Position numbers and translations under genes: made by a program. A stretch of DNA of 64,000 nt from Octopus bimaculoides (Eukaryota), in the NCBI RefSeq assembly GCF_001194135.2, contig NC_068982.1:101560747-101624746 (forward strand), given 5' to 3'. Below, piece by piece: positions 51,431 through 64,000 of the stretch (position 1 is the stretch's first letter; each line of letters opens with the position of its first letter). The notes under the pieces were generated by a model. It had not been told where the DNA came from, did not search any database, and worked only from the letters and a program-made list of their open reading frames with translations.

Positions 51431-52069
51431 TATGTGAGCTCTTAGAAATAACCAAATATCTCCCAAATTAAAACCGCCTGTCCAGAAAATGTTACCCTTG
51501 ATACACTTCGTCAGAACGAAAGAACAGTTTGTCATGGTTGGAACTATAAAATCCAGCAACAGCATGGTTAAAAAGTTCTAACATGAAATGCAGCAGCATC
51601 TGCAACCAGAAATCATTTGGGTGCTGCTTTATTTATTTATTATTTTTTTTTTGTGTGTTCATTGGCGGTAAGGAAGATTATTTTGTCCGCTTGCCTATCT
51701 GTGATGACTCAGATTGGCGAGTATCATTCATAATATGCAGCTGATGTTACTACATCTGCTGCTGCATCAGCCGGTGCTGTATTTGTTGATGATGATGATG
51801 ACAAGGAAGATGGTTACTGATCATAACGAAATACGATAGATTTTTATTGTTTGTTTTGTATTGGAGTTTTTAAACGATTTTATCCGATTCAGTAATTATT
51901 GCTATTTTTAAAATTTTTGACTGCATTACATGTTTTGTAATGTTTTCCTCTGTTGTTCCCTCGGCAAATAAAGAAATTGTCATTATCATTATTGTTAATA
52001 TTTTTATCTCTTCTTGGGTATTTGCTGTGACTTGCTTTTGCATATCTGTTGCATTGAATGTACTCTATG

Positions 52070-52362
52070 TCATGTGGTAAGTAGCTTGCTGACCAACCAC
52101 ATAGTTCCGGGTTCAGTCCCACTGCGTTGCACCTTGGGCAAGTGTTTTCTACTATACACTCGGGCCGACCAAAGCCTTGTGAGTGGATTTGGTAGACGGA
52201 AACTAAAAGAAGCCTGTCGTATATATGTATATATATATGTATGTGTGTGTGTATATGTTTGTGTGTCTGTGTTTGTTCCCACCAACATCGATTGACAACC
52301 GATGCTGGTGTGTTTACGTCCCCGTAACTTAGCGGTTCGGCAAAAGAGACCGATAGAATAAG
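52070..52362 (+). mobile_element. SINE family B running into a gap
   Basis: Same architecture as 51012. Confidence 0.9.
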
Positions 52363-53093
52363 NNNNNNNNNNNNNNNNNNNNNNNNNNNNNNNNNNNNNN
52401 NNNNNNNNNNNNNNNNNNNNNNNNNNNNNNNNNNNNNNNNNNNNNNNNNNNNNNNNNNNNNNNNNNNNNNNNNNNNNNNNNNNNNNNNNNNNNNNNNNNN
52501 NNNNNNNNNNNNNNNNNNNNNNNNNNNNNNNNNNNNNNNNNNNNNNNNNNNNNNNNNNNNNNNNNNNNNNNNNNNNNNNNNNNNNNNNNNNNNNNNNNNN
52601 NNNNNNNNNNNNNNNNNNNNNNNNNNNNNNNNNNNNNNNNNNNNNNNNNNNNNNNNNNNNNNNNNNNNNNNNNNNNNNNNNNNNNNNNNNNNNNNNNNNN
52701 NNNNNNNNNNNNNNNNNNNNNNNNNNNNNNNNNNNNNNNNNNNNNNNNNNNNNNNNNNNNNNNNNNNNNNNNNNNNNNNNNNNNNNNNNNNNNNNNNNNN
52801 NNNNNNNNNNNNNNNNNNNNNNNNNNNNNNNNNNNNNNNNNNNNNNNNNNNNNNNNNNNNNNNNNNNNNNNNNNNNNNNNNNNNNNNNNNNNNNNNNNNN
52901 NNNNNNNNNNNNNNNNNNNNNNNNNNNNNNNNNNNNNNNNNNNNNNNNNNNNNNNNNNAGTATTTTGCATCATTTCTTTGATATTATGACCATGGACATT
53001 GTCTCAATTATAAGTCCTTGATTCTGCTTGAGAGCGAACGGAAAAGAAAACGGAGAAAGAAAAAACGTGTACGGACTGAAGCCCTTCGTACGC

Positions 53094-53139
<46 letters not shown>

Positions 53140-53362
53140 CGGGCTTCTACTCAGTTTCTGTTCACCAAATTTCTCGCCCCGGGGATATACTACAAGACAT
53201 TTGCCCAGGGTGCTGCGCAGTGGGATTGAACCCTGCCACCTGGTTGTAAAACGAGCTTCTTAACTCCACAGCCATGCCTACCTTTGTCTATTTTTTTTAC
53301 AACCGCTATATATTCTACACATTGTTTTGTATGTCTAGCTCTCTGTCAGTTACCTGTTCCTC

Positions 53363-53395
<33 letters not shown>

Positions 53396-53824
53396 ACTGA
53401 AGTGCTTCCCTATAATTTCAGGTGCACGGATTACGCATTTCTTAATTGTATTAATAGATAAATCAGAGTAATTTTAGAGTTTTTCGGGTCACTTCTTTAC
53501 ATCATAATTATTATTCAGTATTAGTTTATCGATTAGTAACACACTATTGTGATTTTTATCATGAACAATTAATTGAGACTTGTTATATATTACTTTGTTG
53601 TCTGCCAATATAGTAAATGTCTGTAGAAGTTTGGTATAATCATTTTATAAGACATGAGGAAGCTCATAATATGTTTATCAGAAGTTTACCAAATACGTAG
53701 TTTAGCTGTAGAGCTTTTTAACATTTTTTTTTTGTGGGGGTTGCAATGTATATTAACTGGGGGTTAGCATTTAGCATAGTGATATAACGCATGCAGCATA
53801 ATATTTAAGAAGCTATATATTAAA

Positions 53825-54258
53825 GGCGGCGAGCTGGCAGAATCGTTAGCACGCCGGGTGAAATGCTTAGCGGTATTTCGTCTGCGGTTACGTTCTGAGT
53901 TCAAATTCCGCCGAGGTCGACTTTGCTTTTCATCCTATCGGGGTCGATAAATTAAGTACCAGTTACGCACTAGGGTGGATGTAATCGACTTAATCCCTTT
54001 GTCTGTCCTTGTTTGTACCCTCTATGTTTAGCCCCTTGTGGGCAATAAAGAAGTAAAATTCGTTAGCACATCGGATAAAATGCTTAGCGAAATTTCGTCC
54101 GCCTCCACATTCTGAGTTCAAATTCCGCCGAGGTCGCCTTAGCATTGGATTTTTTCGGGGTCGAAAAAATAAGTATCATTTTAACACTGGAGTTGAGGTA
54201 ATTGACTAACTCCCACCCGCGAAATTTCTGGCGTTGTGCTAAAATTTTAAATCAATAT
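53825..54258 (+). mobile_element. Two tandem SINE family A copies with different 3' tails
   Basis: 53825-54054 ends TAATCCCTTTGTCTGTCCTTG..GGCAATAAAG; 54056-54258 ends CTGGCGTTGTGCTAAAATTTTAAATCAATA. Confidence 0.9.
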
Positions 54259-55357
54259 TTAAGAAGTTTTGTTATATAAGCAGTATTTGTAAATTATAGC
54301 AAGTGTAGATGTTTCCTTTAATACGGTGAATGTCGAAAACTTGTTTATATAAGGCAAATGTTGGCTTAATGCGATTAGACATTTGAAATTAGCTCAGAGT
54401 GAATGTATTTTGAAAATTTATACTTTCCCCAAAAGAATCTATGTCGCCTAATTACAATCACGAAGGACACTTAGCAGATCTTGGTGTGATTTGAAGGGTA
54501 TTGCGAAAAGAAAATAATTTACAGGCGCAGATACTTTTCCATTCTATGAACAAGGCCCAAAATTTTTGGGGCGGAGCCAGTCGATTAGATCGACACCAGT
54601 ACGTAACTGGTACTTAATTTATCGACCCTAAAATGATTTTGAACTCAGAATGGAATTTGAACTCAGAGCATAAAGACAGGAGAAATACTGCTAAACATTT
54701 CACCCCGCGTGCCAACGATTCTGCCAGCTCGCCGCCCTAATTTACAGGCACAAAGTACGTATGGTTAAGAGGCACACTTTGCAACCACGTAGTATCGTGT
54801 TCCATCCCAGTGTGCTAACGATTCTGCAAGCTCACCGTTTTAACTTCTAAATAATTAATATTGGTTTCAAATTTTGGCACAAGTTCAGTCATTTGGGAGG
54901 TGGTGGTAAGTCGAATACATTGGCCCCAGTGCTCAACTGGTACTTATTTTAGCGACACCGAGAGGATGAAAGGCAAACTCGACCCCGGAGGCATTTGAAC
55001 TCAGAAACTTCCTAAGTAGTATTACCGCCTAATATTTTATGTATTTTACGGTGCATAATCGTCGCATGGAACAGTGAAGTATGGGATACATTCCTTATCA
55101 CATATGTCCCACTGACTCTACTCGGGTAATACGCATGGCAAGAAGCTCTCTGCGGTATACACAACCACTTACACTATAATCCCAAATGTATGCAGCTTAA
55201 CTGATTATGAACTTGGAATATGCACCGTCGAAATCGACGGGAATCCATTTACTTACTGTATATATATCGATGCATTTCCATATTTGTGAGTATCTACATG
55301 TCTGTGTGTGTGCCTGCATATACATAGGTACGCTTATCTGTTAATATATAATGTTCA

Positions 55358-55399
<42 letters not shown>

Positions 55400-56604
55400 C
55401 GTATGTTTACTTTTATGGCTCATCTATATTCTTTTTTCTTAATCTCTCGTCTACACTCTTGCTTTCTGTTTCGCTCTCGCCATGATTAATTTCATTTTCT
55501 CTAATTTTCCTTAATCTATGTTATAGATAACAAAACTTGTTCTCCCTTCTCCATTTACTTGTTTATATATATTTTGTATTTTATAACGTTTTGTTTTGTT
55601 TTTTTTTCATTTGATTATGTGCGCGTGTTGGTGTATGGTTTCTTTTTACTTCCACGCTATTTAACATTTCATGTTTGTTTCTAAGCTAGGTCTGAATCTA
55701 AATCTTGGTGTTCGTTATATTTTTTTTTTATATATTCTCTGTTTGTACGTATATAGGTATGTGCGTGTGTATGTGTATGTGTAAAACTATACGCTCACAT
55801 AATGTATGTATGTTTGTGTGTGTATACACACACACACATATATGTATATGAGCGTGTATATGTAAGTATATACACACAAACATATATACTTTGTGTGTGC
55901 ATAGTTATTAATGCCGTTGTCATTGCTGTGTTTTTCGTAATCGTTGTTATTATAGGAATTCTTGTTTCTCGTGTCCTTGATGTTAGTTGTTTTTACCAGC
56001 ACCTTAGTAACTGCTAAACTGCCATACACCACCACTACCACTACCAATACCGTTACCAGCAGCTTCACGTTATCACCCAAAACACAAACACTAATTCTAA
56101 CACGATTAAAAGACAACTAAAATCATTCCTTCCCAACATATTCCAAATACGACCCAGCGACTGAGTGTCTACGTTAGTGGTTATCAAATGCTACCTTGGA
56201 AGAGGTAGATCTTTTCTTTTTCTAAATGAATAATGTGGTTCCAGTTTTTTCTGCAGAAGGCAAAATGTTGGGGGTCATCACAACAGGAATGCATAGGTCT
56301 ACAGGATCAGGACAGACTTTGGACTACTGAACAACAACAACAATAACAACATGGTCACCGTCACTAACAATAGCAGCATATGAACAGCAATGAAGAACCA
56401 TTTATGCAGTCGGCCACCTTGCTAGAAATAGCAGCCAAATATCTTTCGAATTCCATCACACCATCTTGAGAAAGGAAAGAGATATTTGACAATCTAGTCC
56501 TTAGTATACAAGAAAGATGTCATAGTCACTACTCGATTGTCTTAATTAATTAATTGCTTAATTAATAATAGGTTTGGTTATTTTGATCATAGGTTGATGT
56601 AAAT

Positions 56605-56903
56605 CAGTGGTTCCCGAAGTGGGTGGTGGCGCACCCCTGGGAGCGGTGGAAAGATGCAGGGGGGGAGGTTGATGAAAAATGGGGCGATAATGGAGTGACC
56701 AAAACGGGGCATGGATGTAAAAAAAATAAGCAAGAAAATAAAGGGTTAAGTTAAGATCGATTTTTGAAATACCGTTGTTTTGAATTCGCTGCAGAAAATG
56801 GTCTATGTCTGTGTTGGTGATTGGTGGTTGTGGGGTGGGGTGACTCTAGAAATGTGGCCATAGAACGAAGGGACGGCGGCATGAAGAAGTTTGGGAACCA
56901 CTG
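56605..56903. mobile_element. hAT (Charlie-like) MITE
   Basis: TIRs CAGTGGTTCCCGAAGT / AGTTTGGGAACCACTG; 8-bp flanks ATGTAAAT and ATGTAGTC (5 of 8 match, decayed TSD). Confidence 0.8.
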
Positions 56904-57280
56904 ATGTAGTCTAAGCAATTGTCTTGGCTCGTATATAGATTGCGGTTACCTTCACCGCCATAAAATATCATCCATCGTCTACAACTTCATTTCATCCTCT
57001 GTTTGTATTGCCTAATGTATTTTCCCTTTTTTTTCTTCTTTTTTTTTTTTTTGATGTCCTGTTTCTGCCCCAGCATGACCTCAGATCTTGAGCTGAAACT
57101 AGTTGAAACTAGTTAAAGAGTTAAAGACTTTAAATAAGTATATATATGTATGTATATATATACATATATACACATATAAATATATATACATATATATAAA
57201 TGTATAAATACATAGGTATATATATGTATAAATATATATGTATATATAAATATGTATATATATATATATATGCATATGTA

Positions 57281-57326
<46 letters not shown>

Positions 57327-57331
<5 letters not shown>

Positions 57332-57680
57332 CGGGCTTCTTTTAGTTTCCGTCACTCACAAGGCTTTGGACGGCTCGAGGCTATAGTAGAAGATACTTGC
57401 CCAAGGCGCCACGCAGTGGGACTGAGCCCGGAATCATGTGGCTAGGAAGCAAGCTTCTTACTACAGAGCCACAACAACATTTTTTTCTTGTTTCAGTCAT
57501 TAAACTGCGTCCATACCAGTGTCCCGCCTTGGAGAGATGTTATTCGGACGAATCCACACTAGTTCTTTTAAAGCCTGGTACTTATTTTGACGGTTGTTTT
57601 GGCTAGCCGCTAAGTTACGGGGAAGCAAACAAACCAATACCGGTTATCAAGAGGTAGTGAGAGAAAACACAAATACAAAG
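57327..57680 (-). mobile_element. SINE family B head (57327-57470) abutting the 3' half of an older copy
   Basis: Reverse-complement matches to both halves of the 51012 copy. Confidence 0.8.
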
Positions 57681-58334
57681 GCACTGACACATAGATACAT
57701 ATGCACACGCACACACACATACATTCACACACGCATACAAATATATATATTATACGTTGTAGATGAACTTATGCAAACTTACGCCAACACACACAGTCAT
57801 ACAAATTCGCACATACAGTCATATACGCGCATAAAGTAATTTAACATTGATGGCTGGCCTGTCAAGTAATGCGGGGTAAGTTTTATGTTAGGATATAATG
57901 TACAATTTTAAAATGGTTGTAATTTAATAGATATATTTCGTAATTTTAAACGCTTGTTATCATTAGCTATGAAGACGTAGCTTTAGAAAGCTGCTGTGTG
58001 TCTTTGTGTGTGTCTTTGTGTGCGTATTTTTATGTGTGATTGTTGTGCCTATTAGTGTGTAGACGTCTTTTAGCTGTGTAATGCAAATTCTTTTAAAATT
58101 ATCTCTATAGGTTGTTGCGTGAAGAGATATTGCACGGACAAAATTAAAACGATTTTGTATACGATTTTGTATGTCTATTTATACAATTACTGTGCAACTT
58201 TAACAACCAGAATTGATGATTTTAACAATATTGTTATATTTTCGCCATTAAATACTTTTTTTTTTCCTTTAAAGGAAAATATGCATTATCATTATTTCAG
58301 GATATAATTTATGGGATTACCATCATACTATATC

Positions 58335-58722
58335 AGAAGGTATGTGGCTGTGTAGTAGAAGTTTGCTTCTCAGCTACATGGTTCAGTGTTCAGTCCCACT
58401 GTGTGGTACCTTCAGGAAGTGTTTTCAGTTATATCCTTGAGCCAACCAAAGCCTTGTGAATAGATTTGGTAGAAGGTAACTGAAAGAAGCCCGTCGTACA
58501 CATATATATAAATGTGTGTGTGTGTGTGCGCGTGTGTGTGTGTGCGTGTGTGTGTGTGTGTATATTTGTTCAGCCCGCCGCTTGACAACCGGTGTTAGTG
58601 TGTTTACTTAAGAGTTCGGCAAAAGAGACAGATAGAATAAGTACTAGACTCAATAAGTTCGACTAAAATTCTTCAAGGCAATGCCCCAGCATGGCCGCAG
58701 TCTACTGCCTGAAAGAAAATTG
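58335..58722 (+). mobile_element. SINE family B, full length and older
   Basis: Head, internal (TG)n and tail are all recognisable. Confidence 0.85.
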
Positions 58723-59046
58723 AAGAAAAAAGATAAATATGTAGGCAAGAAGAAATTAACTCTATATATGATTATTCAGTGCTATATTTTTATACTTAAA
58801 ATTAACAGTCTCCCAAGAAAAATACGAAAATTAGAGTGGGCATATCATACTACTTTGTTAGAAAGGTGTCATCAAAAATTGTAGAATCATTTCATGCAAA
58901 GACACACAGACACACACAAAATAATGTGCTGTTAGAAAAACTTAGTAAAGGTACACTTCATACTCGGTTTGAACTTGTAATAAACGTTATGAGCTTCCTC
59001 ACATCTTATAAAATAAAAATAGGAAAATTCTACACAGATTTAATAT

Positions 59047-59395
59047 ATTCTTTTCTACTCTAGGCACAAGGTCCGAAAAGTTTTGCGGGGAAACCAGTTG
59101 ATTATATCGACCCCAGTGCGCAACTGGTACTTAATTTATCGACCCCGAAAGGATGAAAGGCAAAGTCGACCTCGGCGGAATTTGAATTCAGAACGTAAAG
59201 ACAGACGAAACGGAATTAATATTTTCTTTTCTTCTCTAGGCACAAGACTCGAAATTTGTGGGGAGAGGGCCAGTCGATTATATCGACCCAAGTGTGCAAC
59301 TGGTACTTAATTTATCGACCCCGAAAGGATGAATGGCAAAGTCGACCTCAGCGGAATTTGAACTCAGAACGTAAAGGCAGACGAAACAGATTTAA
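59047..59395 (-). mobile_element. Tandem duplication of a truncated SINE family A unit (about 175 bp, twice)
   Basis: Both units break at AGACGAAAC and continue with a similar G/AATTAATAT flank. Confidence 0.85.
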
Positions 59396-59986
59396 TATAT
59401 TGATAGACAACTAGGTAAGATATAACAAATATAAGGTAACTTTCATGATAAAAATAACAATAGTGTGTTACTAATCGATAAAATGATACTGTATGATAAC
59501 TATGATGTGAAGAAGTGACCCGAAAAGCTTTGAAATTACTCTGATTTATCTACTATGACAATTAAGAAATGTGTAATTAGTACAACTGAAATTATAGATA
59601 AACACATCAGTAGAAAGAACGACAGTAACAGGTTAGTGATTGAGAAAGACATACAAAAATAAAAAGGAAGAACAGTAGAATATATATATATAGAGGTTGT
59701 GACAAAAATGAATGCATTACTTTAGAATACTCAACCATAGCCAAAAGAGAATATGTGTATACATACACACACATGCGTACATACATACATACACACATAC
59801 ACACATATATACACACAGATGTGTGTGTATATATCTATGCACACAGACATGCTTATACACACACATACACACACACACGCACACCCACTCATATATATCG
59901 GCAAAATTAATAGACGTCACGAAAGTGACGGAGGATGCTGGCCAGCACCAGGTTCTAATTGCTAATAAGCCACCCTTTAATGTGTT

Positions 59987-60045
<59 letters not shown>

Positions 60046-60129
60046 TTGTATAATGACATACATGAATACTTATGTACATACATACATACATGTATACATA
60101 TATACAGACATACATATAACTATATATCG

Positions 60130-60741
60130 ACCAGGAACAGAGACACAATGCTTCTGCTTTGGAGAATCTTTGTCCTCAGGCGTCTGGACTACTGCTCCCA
60201 ACTGTAGACCCCACAGAGTGTAAAACTAATTGCAGAACTAGAAGTGATCCAACACCACTTCACAAAGACAGACTCAGTAAAACACATGGGCTACTGGGAG
60301 AGATTGAGGGAACTGGGACTCCAGAGACGCGAGAGATATACAGTGCTATACATGTGGAAAATAATGTAGGGTCTGGCTCAAAATTTCGGAATTCAAATCT
60401 ACCAAAATCACCGAACTTGACGGCTCTGCACAGCACCAAAGGTCTCATCTTCTCCACGAGAATATGAACCTAATATTGTAATAGTTTGGGATTTAAGGGA
60501 CCACAACTTTTTAATGCCCCACCACAGAACATCAGGGATCTGCAAGGTGTAGACATGGAAGTCTTCAACAAACGTCTTGCTAGTTTTTTATCTGCAATTC
60601 CGAATGAACCCACATTGTAACAGGAGGCACGAAGAAGAGCGGCAACGTCCAACTCGCTATTTCACCAGAAGCAATACTGGAAAAATCCCCGGATTCAGTA
60701 ATGGTGAGGCACCAGCCTCTGGCTGAAACCCATAAAAGATA

Positions 60742-60745
<4 letters not shown>
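60130..60745 (+). mobile_element. CR1/L2-group LINE 3' fragment
   Basis: RNRDTMLLLWRIFVLRRLDYCSQL*TP..ELEVIQ..GYWERLREL..QRRERY.VLYMWKI; paralogous to 37607. Confidence 0.85.
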
Positions 60746-60778
<33 letters not shown>

Positions 60779-61689
60779 AAGATGAAAATGCTTCGAGGAC
60801 TTTATTTTAACAAAGCAGTTACTGGTTTCGAACGTTTTAAGAAGATAATCTGGTCATGGTGAAATAAAAACAAAAAAGGGCAAAAACAAAAAAGAAAATT
60901 AGAATGAAATAAATTTAATTCATTTAATCTTCCATAATGTCAGCTCTATTTTCTTTATAATGATCATACGGTGCTGTATTTCGTTTTTTTTTCTAATTAT
61001 TTTTTTCTAATTATTGGGTAGCGGTTGACAGCANNNNNNNNNNNNNNNNNNNNNNNNNNNNNNNNNNNNNNNNNNNNNNNNNNNNNNNNNNNNNNNNNNN
61101 NNNNNNNNNNNNNNNNNNNNNNNNNNNNNNNNNNNNNNNNNNNTAGTTTATGTATATATAAGTACAAAAAGACTTTCCAAGGAAATACAAGGAATGGATT
61201 TCATTCCATTCCATAAACTAAAATCTAATGAAGTAAAATAAATTAGAATATTTATGCTATTACATTTCAGAACTTTCTGTATAGTACTTAAGCATTCTCA
61301 GGCGCTAGACGAAGTGTTCTTGTATGTAATAACATAAATATTCTACTTTATTCTGCTTGATTCTAATTAATGTTATTTCATTCCATTTTATGTCATTTCC
61401 GTAGAAAATTTGTAGACTGTCTGTATCTGTATATAAAGTAACTAAGGAAGAATTCCTTCATTTCTTCAAGCTAATATTATTATTCTCAATGAAGTGGTGA
61501 ACGGGCAAAATCGTAAGCACGCCATTTCGTACATCTTCACGTTCTGAGTTCAAATTACATCTTTCACTGTCGATTAAAGCAGTACCAGTGGGGTCGTTAT
61601 ATTCGTCTTATCCACGAAATTGCTGGTCTTATTCTAAAATTTGAAATATATACATGCGTGTGTGTATATTTCTTTTGGGCATACAATAA

Positions 61690-62106
61690 TCTTTTCTACT
61701 CTAGGCACAAAGCCCAAAATATGGGGGAAAGTAGATCGACCCTAGTACGCAACTGGTACTTAATTTATTGACCCCGAAAGGATGAAAGCAAAGTCGACCT
61801 CAGCGGAATTTGAACTCAGAACGCAATAGCTGGCGAAATACCGCTAAGCATTTCGCCCGACGTGCTAACGTTTCTTATTTCTTTACTGTCCACAAGGGGC
61901 TACACACAGAGGGGACAAACAAGGACAGACAAATGGATTAAGTCGATTATATCGATCCCAGTGCGTAACTGGTACTTATTTAATCGACCCCGAAAGGATG
62001 AAAGGCAAAGTCGACCTCGGCGAAATTTGAACTCAAAACATAGCGGCAGACGAAATACGCTAAGCATTTCGCCCGGCGTGCTAGCGATTCTGCCAGCTCG
62101 CCGCCT
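61690..62106 (-). mobile_element. Two tandem SINE family A copies with different tails
   Basis: 61690-61870 has the CCTAGAGTAGAAAAG tail; 61872-62106 has the TTTGTCTGTCCTTG tail. Confidence 0.85.
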
Positions 62107-62329
62107 TTTTTCTTCTTTTTTGCATTCAATAATACCATAAGAGTATCCTACGAACTGTATCAACAAATGCCAGTAATAAACAGCCTACTTTAAAAAATGC
62201 TTAGTGCCTTATATAATTGAATTGAGACTGACTTTATGAGAATAATTTAACATAGACAGAGAAACCAGCGTTTGTCACTGTAACATCGAAGTTTAGTTAC
62301 TTTGTTTGCATTTATTTCAAGCGCAGAGC

Positions 62330-62640
62330 AAGACTTGTGCTTCTTGGCAAGATGAACAACCCGCGGTCTTTCGTTCTACCAATAGTGCTTACACATTCGT
62401 TAGCGTAATGAAATACCGTAACTTCCGTAGCTTCCTTGTTCAAAAGGAAACACCAAGGATGTTGAATAGGCGGAAATAGTCGCGGTAATCCGCTCGCTCG
62501 TGTAACTCCTCCCTTCGATGTTTGGGAGGCGTAGATTTATTATTCCTCATCATCAGAGAGTCTCACGACTGCGAGATATTACTTGTGCAATTTTTGCGCT
62601 TAAAAGGTGGTCGTACTTGATAGCGAGTCGATAGCCACCG
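62330..62640. promoter_or_regulatory. Non-repetitive CpG-rich block, possibly promoter-proximal
   Basis: About 20 CpG in about 310 bp by hand count; ETS-like ACTTCCG and GCGGAAAT; about 600 bp from a candidate ATG|GTAAGT donor. Confidence 0.25.
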
Positions 62641-63210
62641 CAAACACACACAGATACACACATTTGTGTGAGTAGACTTATGTGTGAGCGTATGTCCATC
62701 TAAGTATATAATGTATATTTATTTGCACGCTGTGTGTCTTTGTGCGCTTGTATCCATTAATTCTATTTACATCAATCCAACTTCATTTTATTCCCTCTCA
62801 AACACACATGCACAGAGAAATTGCTTGTGGAAAAACAAACATCCACAGTTCGACGCAGTTCACAAACTTACAAACTCACCAGCATTCACACACACACACA
62901 CACATTCGTAAACAACGCAGACACAATCACACTCATACTGATGTAATCACAGTATTTATAAGACTGGTAGTACATAATTTATTACATGGAAGATTTAAAA
63001 CTTGGCACAGTAAGATTACATGCCGAATATGTTGTGTGCAGTTTACAGAGTGTATGTACTATTTAACTGAAAGCTGGCTTAGATTAGTATCTGATACTAG
63101 CGACAGCATCGGGTTAGAAGCACTCTTAAAACTTGTCTCGTTTATATTATTCATACTTGCAAAGGACGTCGTAGATCTACAAAGTATTTTTTCTTTAGCT
63201 CCTCACTTAC

Positions 63211-63400
63211 CATCCACCAACACGTTACGTTAAATAATAAATAAAAGAACTAGTTACTAGCTTCAGAGTTGGGGATTGTTGAAGTCGCTGATGAGCTTTT
63301 GTTATTATTTGTTTATTGTTTGCTGTTTATGTGACTGCACGTCTCTGTCTTTTACTAGTTATAAAGTTAAAGTTAGAATATATATATTTTTTATTTATAT
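63211..63400 (-). other. Candidate 5' exon ending in a start codon (ATG|GTAAGT)
   Basis: Minus strand TTGGTGGATG|GTAAGTGAG at 63213-63202; no other ATG for about 190 nt upstream; the 5' boundary is unknown. Confidence 0.3.
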
Positions 63401-63526
63401 TTGCATCGAGTGCGATTGTACTCCGAATAGAAAAGAGATTGTAATACGAAATACAATAAGCATTGTGTGTGTGTGTGTGTGTGTGTGTGTACACACACAC
63501 ACATACACACACACACACACACACAT

Positions 63527-63559
<33 letters not shown>

Positions 63560-63592
63560 GACAGATAGATAGATAGATAGATAGATATACAT

Positions 63593-63760
63593 AGGCACAG
63601 GCGAGACTGTGTTGTAAGATGTAGATTGCGTACCAACCACATTATTTCGGGTTTAGTCCCATTGCGTGGCACCTTGGGCAGGTGTCTTCTACTATAGCCT
63701 CGGGCCGATCAACCCCTTGTGAATGAATTTGGTAGACAGGAACTGAAAGAAGCTCATCAT
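63593..63760 (+). mobile_element. SINE family B, 5' half
   Basis: GGCACAGGCGAGACTGTGTTGTAAG...GCGTGGCACCTTGGGCAGGTGTCTTCTACTATAGCCTCGGGCCG. Confidence 0.85.
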
Positions 63761-63769
63761 ATATATATA

Positions 63770-64000
63770 CGACGAAGGGGTATACTCTTTAAGTTGCATG
63801 TCTCGTTTATCTGTTCGTTTTTTTTGTTGTTCGAAAAAAGTTCGTTTTATATTTTCGTTTCTCATAGTATTTAACGTTTTTCCTGCTGTTCTATATCCTT
63901 GTATGCATGTATGTATACGTATAGATGTAGGTATTTACATATATGTACGGATATATGCATATATTTATATATTATTTATATTAGTATATGATCGAACGCC
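63770..64000 (+). mobile_element. Unclassified repeat, same family as 27879 and 28467
   Basis: Direct alignment within the window. Confidence 0.75.

Noticed and set aside
55225-55240. CCGTCGA-AA-TCGACGG palindrome as a Helitron 3' hairpin
   Set aside because: No CTRR terminus follows and there is no other copy in the window.
55903-56017. Transmembrane-like ORF VINAVVIAVFFVIVVIIGILV
   Set aside because: It is most simply a decayed (GTT/ATT)n tract, which yields Val/Ile-rich peptides.
1154-61216. Long ORFs in the supplied track (e.g. 9776-10834, 16817-17887, 36337-37481)
   Set aside because: They are open only because of N-runs and dinucleotide or trinucleotide repeats.
1-64000. CRISPR arrays, rRNA, and conserved bilaterian microRNAs
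   Set aside because: No regularly spaced repeat-spacer array, rRNA-like sequence or remembered mature miRNA sequence was seen by eye; lineage-specific miRNAs cannot be excluded.

Overview
Eukaryotic, AT-rich and repeat-dominated draft sequence with about 20 N-gaps, most flanked by (TA)n or (CA)n. The SINE repertoire looks like that of a coleoid cephalopod, probably Octopus; this is my recognition from memory, not a database hit. I found no complete protein-coding gene, tRNA, rRNA or CRISPR array, and the long ORFs in the supplied track are artefacts of N-runs and microsatellites. The window holds roughly 40 copies or fragments of at least 5 tRNA-derived SINE families. It also holds decayed transposase fossils (DD37D maT, mariner, hAT), mariner, pogo and hAT MITEs, and LINE fossils (CR1/L2-group, R4/Dong-like, R2/HERO-like and an APE remnant). 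The most interesting layer is Penelope-like: an RT to GIY-YIG fossil whose GIY and YIG motifs are split by about 520 bp of low-complexity sequence. There are also 5-6 unrelated minimal type-I hammerhead ribozyme motifs, most next to microsatellites; the two cleanest are at 18319-18360 and 27515-27550. A few isolated candidate exons with good splice signals hint that the window may be intronic, but they are unproven.
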